A program made the position numbers and the translations under genes. 64,000 bases of DNA. Source: an uncultured delta proteobacterium. GTDB lineage: Bacteria; Myxococcota_A; Polyangia; Polyangiales; Polyangiaceae. Of this stretch, positions 22,242 to 31,637 are shown one piece after another. The number at the start of each line of letters is the position of its first letter. The stretch's first letter is position 1. The notes below the pieces were generated by a model. It searched no databases, was not told the origin of the DNA, and saw nothing but the letters and a program-made list of their open reading frames with translations. Location: positions 640,001 to 704,000 of the forward strand of contig CAVOKF010000007.1 in NCBI GenBank assembly GCA_963696385.1, written 5' to 3'.

Positions 22242-22706
22242 GTGCGATTTTTTGGCTCTGCCGTTCTTCTCGTTGCCGCGGCGTGCGCCGCCGGGGATGG
22301 GGTGCGCTTTCAGGTGATCAGCATGGAGCGTCCGCCTGAAGGCCTCGGACTTCGGCCTCCTCCCGACTACGAGCCGTGCTACACGGGCGAGGCACGCGGT
22401 TACGATCGCAATGGGGACGGAAAAATCGACGAAATTCGGATCACCATCAAAGGTCGCGAGCGTTGCTACGGCGAGGACTCGAACCACGACGGGCTCATCG
22501 ACACCTGGGACGTGATGGACGAAGGTGGCCATCTCGTGAAGCGGGCGCATGATGCCAAGGGCGACGGGCGGGCCAACGAGGCTTGGACGTTCGACCCGAC
22601 CCGCCAAGGATGCGCGACGTTGGTGGTCGACCGCAAAGGGGGCGGCGAACCAGACTTTGCAAGCCCGATCGACCTGTGCCCGCCCCTCGCGGACGGAGGG
22701 CGATGA
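22242..22706 (+). CDS. putative lipoprotein with DxNxDG repeats
   Basis: lipobox AAAC; DRNGDGKID, DSNHDGLIDTW, DAKGDGRANEAW. Confidence 0.65.
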   Translation: MRFFGSAVLLVAAACAAGDGVRFQVISMERPPEGLGLRPPPDYEPCYTGEARGYDRNGDGKIDEIRITIKGRERCYGEDSNHDGLIDTWDVMDEGGHLVKRAHDAKGDGRANEAWTFDPTRQGCATLVVDRKGGGEPDFASPIDLCPPLADGGR

Positions 22707-22955
22707 GCGGGCTCCATGGCTCTCGCTCGTATCGGCGCCGAACGCTCCAGCTAGCCCCGCTCCGGGTGAACCCGCGGCCCCGTGGACCGTGGCCTGGAAT
22801 GCGAGCGAATCGGGAGGTCCCGCTTTCTGCACGGCACCGCTTGCCGCCCGTCCCGACCGCGTTCAATATAACTGCAAGCGCTCGATAGCGGCCCCCCGCA
22901 CGGGCAGTGATGGACCCTGACGAGTCGCGATGGGGTCAAAGCGGCACCCCTCTGG

Positions 22956-22990
22956 TGGTCAGGCCATCTTGTGGTCAAGTGGACTGATCA
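22956..22990 (+). promoter_or_regulatory. candidate GntR/FadR-type operator(s) upstream of GH79 copy 1
   Basis: TGGTCAGGCCA and GGTCAAGTGGACTGATCA; the second matches 28510-28527 (minus strand) at 14/18. Confidence 0.45.
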
Positions 22991-23103
22991 ATCGCCACAA
23001 GGTATGGCTAGAAAAGCCCCTTGTAACGGTTAAGGGCGCGACCTCCACATCGTAACTAACCACAATATCGTACATCGCATCACCCTATGACAGGAATAAT
23101 GGG

Positions 23104-24918
23104 ATGACTTCCATCTATCGATTTGCAGGTCCCGCGCTCTTGGCCGTCGTCGCTCCTGTGGTGGTCAGTGCGGCATGCAGTTCTGGAACGGGCTCCACGC
23201 CGGGATCCAACGCCGGCACGATTCCGACAGGCCAGGGCGCGACGACAACGCCCACGTCAACGTCGACGGCGCCCTCGACCAATTCGACGCCGGCCAGCAC
23301 GGTCGGCGGGCAGTCCGACGATAGCGGATCCCCGCCGCCCGACACGACGGGCGACGCGACAACCGGAAGCGGGACGACGGGCACGACGACCGGCACGGGG
23401 ACCAGCACAGGGACCAGCACGAGCGACGCCGCGCCCGTCTCGACCAGCCCGCCCGTAACGCCGGTGCCCGCCCAGGACTCGGGGGCCGCCACGACGCTTG
23501 CGGCGTGGGGAACGCCGACCGCCGGGGGTCCCACAGGCACAGGGCTGACGGCCTCTGTGACCGTGGACACAAGCACCACCGTCGGCAACATCGGGGCCGA
23601 CTTCATCGGGTTCAGCTACGAGAAAACGCACATCACCAACGACTCGCTCAACAGCACGAATACGGACTTGGTGGGGCTCTACAAGCTCCTCGGTTCTCCG
23701 GTGATGCGACTCGGAGCCGACGACGTCGACAATTGCAATTGGGGTGGAACGGGAACGGCACCCACCGCGGCCTCGGGGCCACCCTTTTCAAAGAGCGTCA
23801 CAACGGGGATGGTCGACGACCTCTGCGCCTTCCTGGGCGCGACGGGAACCAAGATTCTCTACGGCGTCAACTTCCATTCGGACAACGTCACGGCTTCCGC
23901 CGCGGAGGCCGCCTACGCGATGGGCAAGTGCGGATCGAGCATCATCGGGTTCGAGATCGGCAACGAGATCAACCGATACGGATCCTGGTCTTCGCTCCAG
24001 TCGGAGTGGGAATCGTTTGCGACCGCCATTACGGCGACGGCCGGCGCCAACCTGGTCGGTCCGGTGGCCGGCGGAGGAGACGCCCTATCGCTTTCCACGC
24101 CGTTTGCCGCCGACGAATCGGTCAAGTTTGGGAGCAAGCTCGTTCTTCTGACGCAGCATTATTACGCCGGCACCGCCGGCCAGACCACCGCAACGGTGGC
24201 CCGTCTCCAGACACCGGATCCCGACCCTGCGACCTCGCAAGACGGACTCGTCGGCACCTCTTCAACGATGGACAAGGCGGCGACCACCAACAAGATCCCC
24301 GATGCCTGGCGCATGGGTGAGGTCAACACGTTCTCCGGTCACGGCCAGCAGGGAATCAGCGATGCGCTCATCGCAGGCCTCTGGTCGCTCGATCTGATGT
24401 TCGTGGTGGCCGAAAACGGCGGCAGCGGCGTCAACTTCCACGGTGGAGAGGAGGGGATGGATGGATCGAGGGACTTCTATTACGAGCCGATCGAAGAATT
24501 GGACGGCGTCGTACAGCAAGTGCACCCGGTGTATTACGGCATGCTGATGTTCGTCCTCGCCGGAACCGGCCCGATGGTGTCCACAACGGTCACGACCACC
24601 AACCCGTACTTTACTTCGTACGCCATCAAAGCGAACGGATTCGTGAGCGTGGTGCTCGACAACAAGAACGCCACGAGCGGCGTCAACGCCACGGTGAATC
24701 TCGGATCCGCGGTCACCAGCGCAAGCGCGATTTATCTCGAGGGCACGCCGGCCGGCGATCTAACCGCTGCGGCAGGGGACGTGACCGTGGGTGGGAGCCT
24801 GGTCTCGAACGCGGGAGCGTGGACGAGCACTGGGACTTACACTCAGTCGACGTCGGGCAGCTCCGTTACGGTGTACATCCCGCCGGCGGCCGCAGCGCTC
24901 GTCCGCGTCATTCAGTAG
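23104..24918 (+). CDS. glycoside hydrolase family 79 (beta-glucuronidase-like) lipoprotein, copy 1
   Basis: lipobox SAAC, S/T linker, FIGFSYE, FEIGNE, THYY-like QHYY, RMGEVN, GISDALIAGLWSLD, GVNFHGG. Confidence 0.8.
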   Translation: MTSIYRFAGPALLAVVAPVVVSAACSSGTGSTPGSNAGTIPTGQGATTTPTSTSTAPSTNSTPASTVGGQSDDSGSPPPDTTGDATTGSGTTGTTTGTGTSTGTSTSDAAPVSTSPPVTPVPAQDSGAATTLAAWGTPTAGGPTGTGLTASVTVDTSTTVGNIGADFIGFSYEKTHITNDSLNSTNTDLVGLYKLLGSPVMRLGADDVDNCNWGGTGTAPTAASGPPFSKSVTTGMVDDLCAFLGATGTKILYGVNFHSDNVTASAAEAAYAMGKCGSSIIGFEIGNEINRYGSWSSLQSEWESFATAITATAGANLVGPVAGGGDALSLSTPFAADESVKFGSKLVLLTQHYYAGTAGQTTATVARLQTPDPDPATSQDGLVGTSSTMDKAATTNKIPDAWRMGEVNTFSGHGQQGISDALIAGLWSLDLMFVVAENGGSGVNFHGGEEGMDGSRDFYYEPIEELDGVVQQVHPVYYGMLMFVLAGTGPMVSTTVTTTNPYFTSYAIKANGFVSVVLDNKNATSGVNATVNLGSAVTSASAIYLEGTPAGDLTAAAGDVTVGGSLVSNAGAWTSTGTYTQSTSGSSVTVYIPPAAAALVRVIQ

Positions 24919-24939
24919 CGTTTGTGACCGACCGGGGGA

Positions 24940-24972
24940 CCTCGACGGGGCGCACCCAGCGCACCGTCGAGG
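24940..24972 (+). terminator. GC-rich hairpin after GH79 copy 1
   Basis: cctcgacgg...ccgtcgagg inverted repeat, repeated after copy 2. Confidence 0.5.
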
Positions 24973-25076
24973 CTTCGGCTTTCAGAAAAGGCCCTTTGTG
25001 GACTGTTAAGAGCATCTCCACATCGTGGCCGACCACAATACCCTACACCGCATGACCCTTTCACAGGAATAATGGG

Positions 25077-26894
25077 ATGACTTCCATCTATCGATTTGCG
25101 GGTCCCGCGCTCATGGCCGTCGTAGCTCCCGTGGCGCTCAATGCGGCGTGCAGTTCTGGAACGGGCTCCACCACGCCGGGGTCCAACGTCGGCTCGATTC
25201 CGACCGGGGCCGGCACAACGACGGCGCCCACGTCAACGTCGACGGCGCCCGCGTCAACGTCGACGGCGCCTTCGACGGCTTCGGCGCCGACCAGCACGGT
25301 CGGCGGGCAGTCCGACGATAGCGGATCCCCACCGTCCGAAACGACCGGCGACGCGACCACCGGAAGCGGGACGTCCGGCACAATGACGGGCATGGGGACC
25401 GGCACGGGCGACGCCGCTCCGGTCACGACCGGAACGCCGGTGCCCGCCCAGGACTCGGGGGCCGCCACGACGCTTGCGGCGTGGGGAACGCCGACCGCCG
25501 GGGGTCCCACAGGCACAGGGCTGACGGCCTCTGTGACCGTGGACACAAGCACCACCGTCGGCAACATCGGGGCCGACTTCATCGGGTTCAGCTACGAGAA
25601 AACGCACATCACCAACGACTCGCTCAACAGCACGAATACGGACTTGGTGGGGCTCTACAAGCTCCTCGGTTCTCCGGTGATGCGACTGGGAGCCGACGAC
25701 GTCGACAATTGCAATTGGGGTGGAACGGGAACGGCACCCACCGCGGCCTCGGGGCCACCCTTTTCAAAGAGCGTCACAACGGGGATGGTCGACGACCTCT
25801 GCGCCTTCCTGGGCGCGACGGGAACCAAGATTCTCTACGGCGTCAACTTCCATTCGGACAACGTCACGGCTTCCGCCGCGGAGGCCGCCTACGCGATGGG
25901 CAAGTGCGGATCGAGCATCATCGGGTTCGAGATCGGCAACGAGATCAACCGATACGGATCCTGGTCTTCGCTCCAGTCGGAGTGGGAATCGTTTGCGACC
26001 GCCATTACGGCGACGGCCGGCGCCAACCTGGTCGGTCCGGTGGCCGGCGGAGGAGACGCCCTATCGCTTTCCACGCCGTTTGCCGCCGACGAATCGGTCA
26101 AGTTTGGGAGCAAGCTCGTTCTTCTGACGCAGCATTATTACGCCGGCACCGCCGGCCAGACCACCGCAACGGTGGCCCGTCTCCAGACACCGGATCCCGA
26201 CCCTGCGACCTCGCAAGCTGGACTCGTCGGCACCTCTTCCACGATGGACAAGGCGGCGACCACCAACAAGATCCCCGATGCCTGGCGCATGGGTGAGGTC
26301 AACACGTTCTCCGGTCACGGCCAGCAGGGAATCAGCGATGCGCTCATCGCAGGCCTCTGGTCGCTCGATCTGATGTTCGTGGTGGCCGAAAACGGCGGCA
26401 GCGGCGTCAACTTCCACGGTGGAGAGGAGGGGATGGATGGATCGAGGGACTTCTATTACGAGCCGATCGAAGAATTGGACGGCGTCGTACAGCAAGTGCA
26501 CCCGGTGTATTACGGCATGCTGATGTTCGTCCTCGCCGGAACCGGCCCGATGGTGTCCACAACGGTCACGACCACCAACCCGTACTTTACTTCGTACGCC
26601 ATCAAAGCGAACGGATTCGTGAGCGTGGTGCTCGACAACAAGAACGCCACGAGCGGCGTCAACGCCACGGTGAATCTCGGATCCGCGGTCACCAGCGCAA
26701 GTGCGATTTATCTCGAGGGCACGCCGGCCGGCGACCTGACCGCTGCGGCAGGGGACGTGACCGTGGGTGGGAGCCTGGTCTCGAACGCGGGAGCGTGGAC
26801 GAGCACTGGGACTTACACTCAGTCGACGTCGGGCAGCTCCGTTACGGTGTACATCCCGCCGGCGGCCGCAGCGCTGGTTCGGGTGTATCAGTAG
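25077..26894 (+). CDS. glycoside hydrolase family 79 lipoprotein, copy 2
   Basis: catalytic region nearly identical to 23104..24918. Confidence 0.8.
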   Translation: MTSIYRFAGPALMAVVAPVALNAACSSGTGSTTPGSNVGSIPTGAGTTTAPTSTSTAPASTSTAPSTASAPTSTVGGQSDDSGSPPSETTGDATTGSGTSGTMTGMGTGTGDAAPVTTGTPVPAQDSGAATTLAAWGTPTAGGPTGTGLTASVTVDTSTTVGNIGADFIGFSYEKTHITNDSLNSTNTDLVGLYKLLGSPVMRLGADDVDNCNWGGTGTAPTAASGPPFSKSVTTGMVDDLCAFLGATGTKILYGVNFHSDNVTASAAEAAYAMGKCGSSIIGFEIGNEINRYGSWSSLQSEWESFATAITATAGANLVGPVAGGGDALSLSTPFAADESVKFGSKLVLLTQHYYAGTAGQTTATVARLQTPDPDPATSQAGLVGTSSTMDKAATTNKIPDAWRMGEVNTFSGHGQQGISDALIAGLWSLDLMFVVAENGGSGVNFHGGEEGMDGSRDFYYEPIEELDGVVQQVHPVYYGMLMFVLAGTGPMVSTTVTTTNPYFTSYAIKANGFVSVVLDNKNATSGVNATVNLGSAVTSASAIYLEGTPAGDLTAAAGDVTVGGSLVSNAGAWTSTGTYTQSTSGSSVTVYIPPAAAALVRVYQ

Positions 26895-26915
26895 TAGCCT
26901 TGTGACCGACCGGCG

Positions 26916-26950
26916 ACCTCGACGGGGCGCACCCAGCGCACCGTCGAGGT
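26916..26950 (+). terminator. GC-rich hairpin after GH79 copy 2
   Basis: acctcgacgg...ccgtcgaggt. Confidence 0.5.
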
Positions 26951-26986
26951 TTCGGCGTTAACGGACTCGCCGACCCCGACCCCGAG

Positions 26987-28360
26987 CTAATCGGAATTCA
27001 GTTCTGGCGCGTGGAGTTCCGAGCCGGGCTGCACGGGTTCGCGCAGCAAGGCCCACAAAACCGCGGACCCGATCAGGTCAAAGAACGCGATCGCTGTGAA
27101 GAGCGGACCGTATCCGATCTTCATCGCTACGATTCCTACCGCCATCGTAAAGAGCGTCCCTCCGAGCCCACCCACCGAACCCGAAAGACCGTTGGCCGTA
27201 GCGACGGCACGCTTCGGAAAGAGGTCGGCCGGAAGGGTCAAGAGCGTAGAGGACATGGCCTGGTGGGCGAACGCGGCGATGCAGAAGAACACGATCGCCC
27301 AGGGCGCAGTCGGGGCTCGGCCGATGAAGATGGCGAACACCATCAGAACGGCGCAGACCGAGGCCGATAGCTTGCGCGCCGTGAGGACCGAGCATCGGAG
27401 CCGGATGAAAAGCGGCGACAGAACGCCGCCAAAGAGGCATCCCACGTCGCCCGCCACGAAGGGCAGCCAGGCAAAATACCCGATCTGCTTCAGGTTCATG
27501 TGCCGCTCGCTCACGAGGTAGAGCGGAATCCAATACGTAAAAAACTGCCACGCCGGCTCCGAGAAGAAGCGAGCAACGGCCAGGGCCCAGAAGTCTCTCC
27601 GCGACAGCACCAGCTTCCAGGTGCCCTTTTGCGCGGGCTCGTCCCTCGCGACGAGTTCGTCCTCGCCCTGCTCGAGATACGCCCGCTCGGAAGGGGAGAG
27701 CCAGGGATGATCTTCCGGCGCACGATAGAGCAGCGTCCAAACCGCCACCCACACGAGGCCGACGGCCCCCGTCACCACGAAAGCCGACCGCCAGCTGTAA
27801 TGCAGAATGAGGTACACGACGAGCGGCGGCGCGATCGCGGCGCCGAGGCCCGCTCCCACATTGAGAATGCCCATCGCGACGGTGCGCTCGCGGGGTCGAA
27901 ACCATTGAGCGACGGTCTTCGCGGCCCCGGGAAAGCTGCCGGCTTCCCCCATGCCCAGCAGGCCGCGGAAAAGCGCGAACGATCGCCATCCGCCCGCGAA
28001 GGCTCCGAGCGCCTGCGCCAGCGACCACCAGAAGATGGAGAGAGCCAGGCCTACGCGGATATTGAGCCAGTCGATGATGCGCCCCGCCACCGGCTGCATC
28101 ACGAGGTACGTGATCTGAAAGGCCATCACGATATGCGAAAAGTCCACCTCGTTGATGGCCAGATCGCGTTTGAGCGACGGCGCGGCCACGGAGAGGCAGG
28201 CCCGATCCAGGTAATTGACGACGGTGACCCCCATCAAGAGGACCGCGATCCACCAGCGAAGGCCTGGGATGTAGAACGCGCGCGAAGCCGCTCTGGTTGT
28301 GGACACGTGCGCCGCCTTCTCCCCGCCCGTCCCGAGCCCGCCCGTCCCTCCCCCGTGCAT
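26987..28360 (-). CDS. ExuT-like hexuronate MFS transporter (ACS family)
   Basis: LRWWIAVLL, VNYLDR, RGLLGMGEA, WFRPRERT, ARFFSEPAWQFFTYWIPLYL, DLFP. Confidence 0.85.
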   Translation of the reverse strand: MHGGGTGGLGTGGEKAAHVSTTRAASRAFYIPGLRWWIAVLLMGVTVVNYLDRACLSVAAPSLKRDLAINEVDFSHIVMAFQITYLVMQPVAGRIIDWLNIRVGLALSIFWWSLAQALGAFAGGWRSFALFRGLLGMGEAGSFPGAAKTVAQWFRPRERTVAMGILNVGAGLGAAIAPPLVVYLILHYSWRSAFVVTGAVGLVWVAVWTLLYRAPEDHPWLSPSERAYLEQGEDELVARDEPAQKGTWKLVLSRRDFWALAVARFFSEPAWQFFTYWIPLYLVSERHMNLKQIGYFAWLPFVAGDVGCLFGGVLSPLFIRLRCSVLTARKLSASVCAVLMVFAIFIGRAPTAPWAIVFFCIAAFAHQAMSSTLLTLPADLFPKRAVATANGLSGSVGGLGGTLFTMAVGIVAMKIGYGPLFTAIAFFDLIGSAVLWALLREPVQPGSELHAPELNSD

Positions 28361-28509
28361 ACTCCGCCAGCTCTAGTCCAAAGGCGGTCAAGGTGTCCAG
28401 TGGCCTTACCGAATGGCGCCGCAAGGCCGCAGCCCGCGGTCTCCCCCATGCCAAGGGTCCCCGCGCCGAACTCGGCGCGATCTAGCGCTCTTCACGGCCG
28501 AAACGCGGG

Positions 28510-28527
28510 TGGCTAGACCACTTGACC
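28510..28527 (-). promoter_or_regulatory. candidate operator upstream of the ExuT-like gene
   Basis: minus strand GGTCAAGTGGTCTAGCCA, similar to 22973-22990. Confidence 0.45.
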
Positions 28528-28820
28528 GCTGGACGCACACTGCGGTAGAGGTACGCCGCAACGGCTTCTTTCTTGGCCCATCGTCGTCGGCTGTCATCCG
28601 ATCACGCGCGGGGAGCTGCCTTGGATTGACTTCAATCTTATTCTGGGGTTGAGAGTGCTCGCATATCGCCGAATATGCCTTTGAATGCGTCCGGGCGCGA
28701 GGGGTCGTGGCGGGTCCGCCTCTGCGCCCCGTTTTGAGCGCGTGGTTTTCCCTCACTTGTGTCGATCTTGGGCAGAACAAGTCACGCTCCGGGAGATCGC
28801 ATCCCGAAAGGAATCTGACC

Positions 28821-30425
28821 ATGTCTCTGAAATCGTGGCCCATCCTGATCGCCGGTTCCGGTTTGCTGGTCGCGCCCGCCGCTTATGCGCAGTCCAGCGA
28901 CAAGCCGGCCAGCGATGATAAGCCGGCGGCCACGTCGGCGGAGAAACGGTCCGAAGAGCTGACTCCGCCCATCGCCCTGCCCGCCCGAGAATCCGTCTCT
29001 CCGACTCCCGTCAACCCCTGGTGGATCCGGCCCCCACTCGTCGTGACGGCCGGCGACAAGGCCCAATGGAAGCTGACGATCTACGGGTTCGCCGAAGGCG
29101 ACATGATTGGAGACTCCACCCGCAGCTTCAACGACGGATTAAACAACAGCGTCATCGCCCACAACCAGACGCAGGCGGGCGACAACACACGCGTGCAATT
29201 TACCATCCGAAATACCCGCTTGGGATTCAATGCGGTGGCCCCGGAAATCGGCGGCATCCGGTCGTCGGGGGTCCTCGAGTTCGACTTGTTCGGCAATCAG
29301 CCGAGCATCAACGCCGGCGGCGGGTCGTCCGGACAGGCCCCGGGATCGGGTGACACGACCGAGGCCGCATACTTCAACAACGCCGGACTGCGAGTTCGGC
29401 ACGCGTACGTGAAGCTGGAGGATCCCGTCGTCGACGTCTTGGCAGGCCAGTCGTATCATTTGCTGGGGTGGCAAAATTACTTCTTCGGAGCCACGTGCGG
29501 TTTCCTGGGAATGCCGAACGAGTTGTTCAATCGAACGGTGCAGCTTCGACTGAGCCACACGTTCGCGTCGGATGCGGTGAACTTCGACATCGCGGCCGCC
29601 GCGTTCCGCCCCGCTCAGCGGGATTCCGCCATGCCGGATTGGGAAGGGGGGCTTCGCCTAGCCATCAACCACTGGAAGGGGATCACCACCCCGGGCAGCG
29701 GGGGAACGGGGGCACTTCCGGCCGCCATCGGGGTGTCGGGCCTCGAACAATCATTTCGCGTGGACCCTTACGCTCCGCTTCCGGCCCCGCCCATCCCGCT
29801 CAGGGGGTGGGCGATCGCTGCAGACATCCTGTTGCCCATCCTCCCGGCGAGGGACAGCACCGACCGCGGGAACGCGTTGACGATCGTCGGAGAATTCGTC
29901 ACGGGGACGGCCGATGCCGACCAATACACGGGAATGACCGCAGGCGCGACCATGCCCAACGTGTACCCCTTGCCCCTCGACACCCCCGTCAATGGGGCGG
30001 GAGCCGCCACTTCGTCTGGAGCGGGGAATGCGGCGCAAGTCGGCAGCCCGTATACTCCCGACGTCGACCCCGGACTCGTGGCGTTCGATACGGCCGGCGT
30101 CCTTCACACCATCAATTGGACGACGTATCTCATCGACGTCCAGTACTACCTGCCTCCGAACGGTCGCCTTTTCATCACGGGCAACTACAGTCGGGGCCGT
30201 TCCGACAACATCGCGAGTCTTTATCATCCCGATTCTCCCACGCAACCGTGGGTCAACGCGCAAACGGTGTTCCAGTCCTCCTGGTACGTCGACGGCAACG
30301 TGTTTTTCGACATCACGCCAGCGGCTCGGGTGGGCCTTTCGTATCAGCGGGTCACGCAGGAATTTGCCGACGGCACGAGCGCCTACAACAATCGCTACGA
30401 GATGACCTGGCTCTACTTCTTTTAA
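28821..30425 (+). CDS. outer-membrane porin-like beta-barrel (DcaP-like)
   Basis: signal peptide, NTRLGF, LEFDLFG, LRVRHAYVKL, C-terminal aromatic YFF. Confidence 0.7.
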   Translation: MSLKSWPILIAGSGLLVAPAAYAQSSDKPASDDKPAATSAEKRSEELTPPIALPARESVSPTPVNPWWIRPPLVVTAGDKAQWKLTIYGFAEGDMIGDSTRSFNDGLNNSVIAHNQTQAGDNTRVQFTIRNTRLGFNAVAPEIGGIRSSGVLEFDLFGNQPSINAGGGSSGQAPGSGDTTEAAYFNNAGLRVRHAYVKLEDPVVDVLAGQSYHLLGWQNYFFGATCGFLGMPNELFNRTVQLRLSHTFASDAVNFDIAAAAFRPAQRDSAMPDWEGGLRLAINHWKGITTPGSGGTGALPAAIGVSGLEQSFRVDPYAPLPAPPIPLRGWAIAADILLPILPARDSTDRGNALTIVGEFVTGTADADQYTGMTAGATMPNVYPLPLDTPVNGAGAATSSGAGNAAQVGSPYTPDVDPGLVAFDTAGVLHTINWTTYLIDVQYYLPPNGRLFITGNYSRGRSDNIASLYHPDSPTQPWVNAQTVFQSSWYVDGNVFFDITPAARVGLSYQRVTQEFADGTSAYNNRYEMTWLYFF

Positions 30426-30480
30426 GGCCCGGTCGTTCGGTTTTTTTTCGATGAGCACCGGTGCCGCGAGAGGATGAATC

Positions 30481-31032
30481 ATGCAAGTACGAATGAGAGT
30501 ACGACGCCCATTGGGTATTTGCGTTGCCGCGGTCATCGGGACCGCATTCGGCTTCGGATGCTCCCAGAGCAACGATGCGTTTCAACCGATCACCGCCGGT
30601 GCCAAACCCTGGACCCCCCCTGCCGGTTTCGATCCCCAGATGGGGCAAAGCACCCCGGGGCCGTACCTTTGTGTCTTGGGCAATTACATCGCCACGCTGA
30701 GCTGTCCGGAGTGCTCCTGCGGTCCCAACGTGTCGCCGTGCCTTTCGTACGCTCTTTGTACCGGCAGCAGTTACGACCAGTGCGTCTGCGGCGGCCCGTA
30801 CACGCCCGGCGCAACGTGCCCGCAGCAGTTTGTGTGCGCGACCGACGATTTTCCGCCGCAGAACTGGATTGAGAATACGGATTACGTGGGCCCGGCCTGG
30901 GCCGGCTACGGCGGTACGACAGGAACTGGGACTGGGACTGGAACTGGAACTGGAACTGGGACTGGAACTGGGACTGGAACTGGGACTGGAACCGGGGCGG
31001 CTACGGATTCGGGCATGGGCGATGCCGGCTGA
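30481..31032 (+). CDS. Cys-rich lipoprotein with (GT)n tail
   Basis: lipobox GFGC, 10 further Cys, ggaact/gggact repeats at ~30920-30993. Confidence 0.7.
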   Translation: MQVRMRVRRPLGICVAAVIGTAFGFGCSQSNDAFQPITAGAKPWTPPAGFDPQMGQSTPGPYLCVLGNYIATLSCPECSCGPNVSPCLSYALCTGSSYDQCVCGGPYTPGATCPQQFVCATDDFPPQNWIENTDYVGPAWAGYGGTTGTGTGTGTGTGTGTGTGTGTGTGTGAATDSGMGDAG

Positions 31033-31110
31033 CCTCACGACGGAGGTCGTTCGAAAGGGCGAGCGCCGGAGCTTGTCTCTCACTACAAACATGGGCAAGT
31101 GGAGGAATCG

Positions 31111-31578
31111 ATGAGACACGCTGTTCTAGGAGCCGCCTTCGTGCTCTCCGTCTGCATGGCGATGCTCAGCTTCGGATGCAGCTCGCCTCCGCCGGCTGCC
31201 AATTCGTTCACGGAGGTTTATACCCAAATCATTCAACCGACTTGCAGCAGCGACTACTGCCACTACAACGGCATCGGTTTACGTCTCGGCGCCCTCGACA
31301 TGAGCTCGCAGGTGATCGCGTACTGGAGTCTCGTCGGCCAACCGTGCGGCGGGCCCAGCTGCGCCGGGATGGGAGTTCGTGTCGTGCCCTACTCGCCGGA
31401 AACCAGCATTATGTATCAGAAGGTCTCGGAGACGGCGCCGTCGTGCGGAGCCCAAATGCCGGCGAACCCGTACGAGCTGACACTCAAAGGAAGCGCGATG
31501 TTTTCGGGAACGCCGCTGACCGCAGCGCAGCAGCTGCTCATTTACAATTGGATCAAGGAAGGCGCACAGAACAACTAA
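31111..31578 (+). CDS. lipoprotein resembling the planctomycete-type cytochrome c domain (CX4CH)
   Basis: GGAGG RBS, lipobox SFGC, CSSDYCH, PYSPETSIMYQKV, QMP, IYNWIKEGA. Confidence 0.65.
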   Translation: MRHAVLGAAFVLSVCMAMLSFGCSSPPPAANSFTEVYTQIIQPTCSSDYCHYNGIGLRLGALDMSSQVIAYWSLVGQPCGGPSCAGMGVRVVPYSPETSIMYQKVSETAPSCGAQMPANPYELTLKGSAMFSGTPLTAAQQLLIYNWIKEGAQNN

Positions 31579-31637
31579 GAGGCCTCGGAGGCCCAGGCGA
31601 CTCCGTCGCGACGGGTCACTATCGACACAGACGCGCG

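Larger units (their letters stand above)
23010..26956 (+). repeat. direct tandem duplication, unit ~1.97 kb
   Basis: leader (agaaaag...caggaataatgggatg), CDS and downstream hairpin are all repeated. Confidence 0.95.

Noticed and set aside
23104..26894. Diversity-generating retroelement template/variable repeat pair
   Set aside because: Both copies are full genes, the differences are not adenine-specific, and there is no reverse transcriptase in the window
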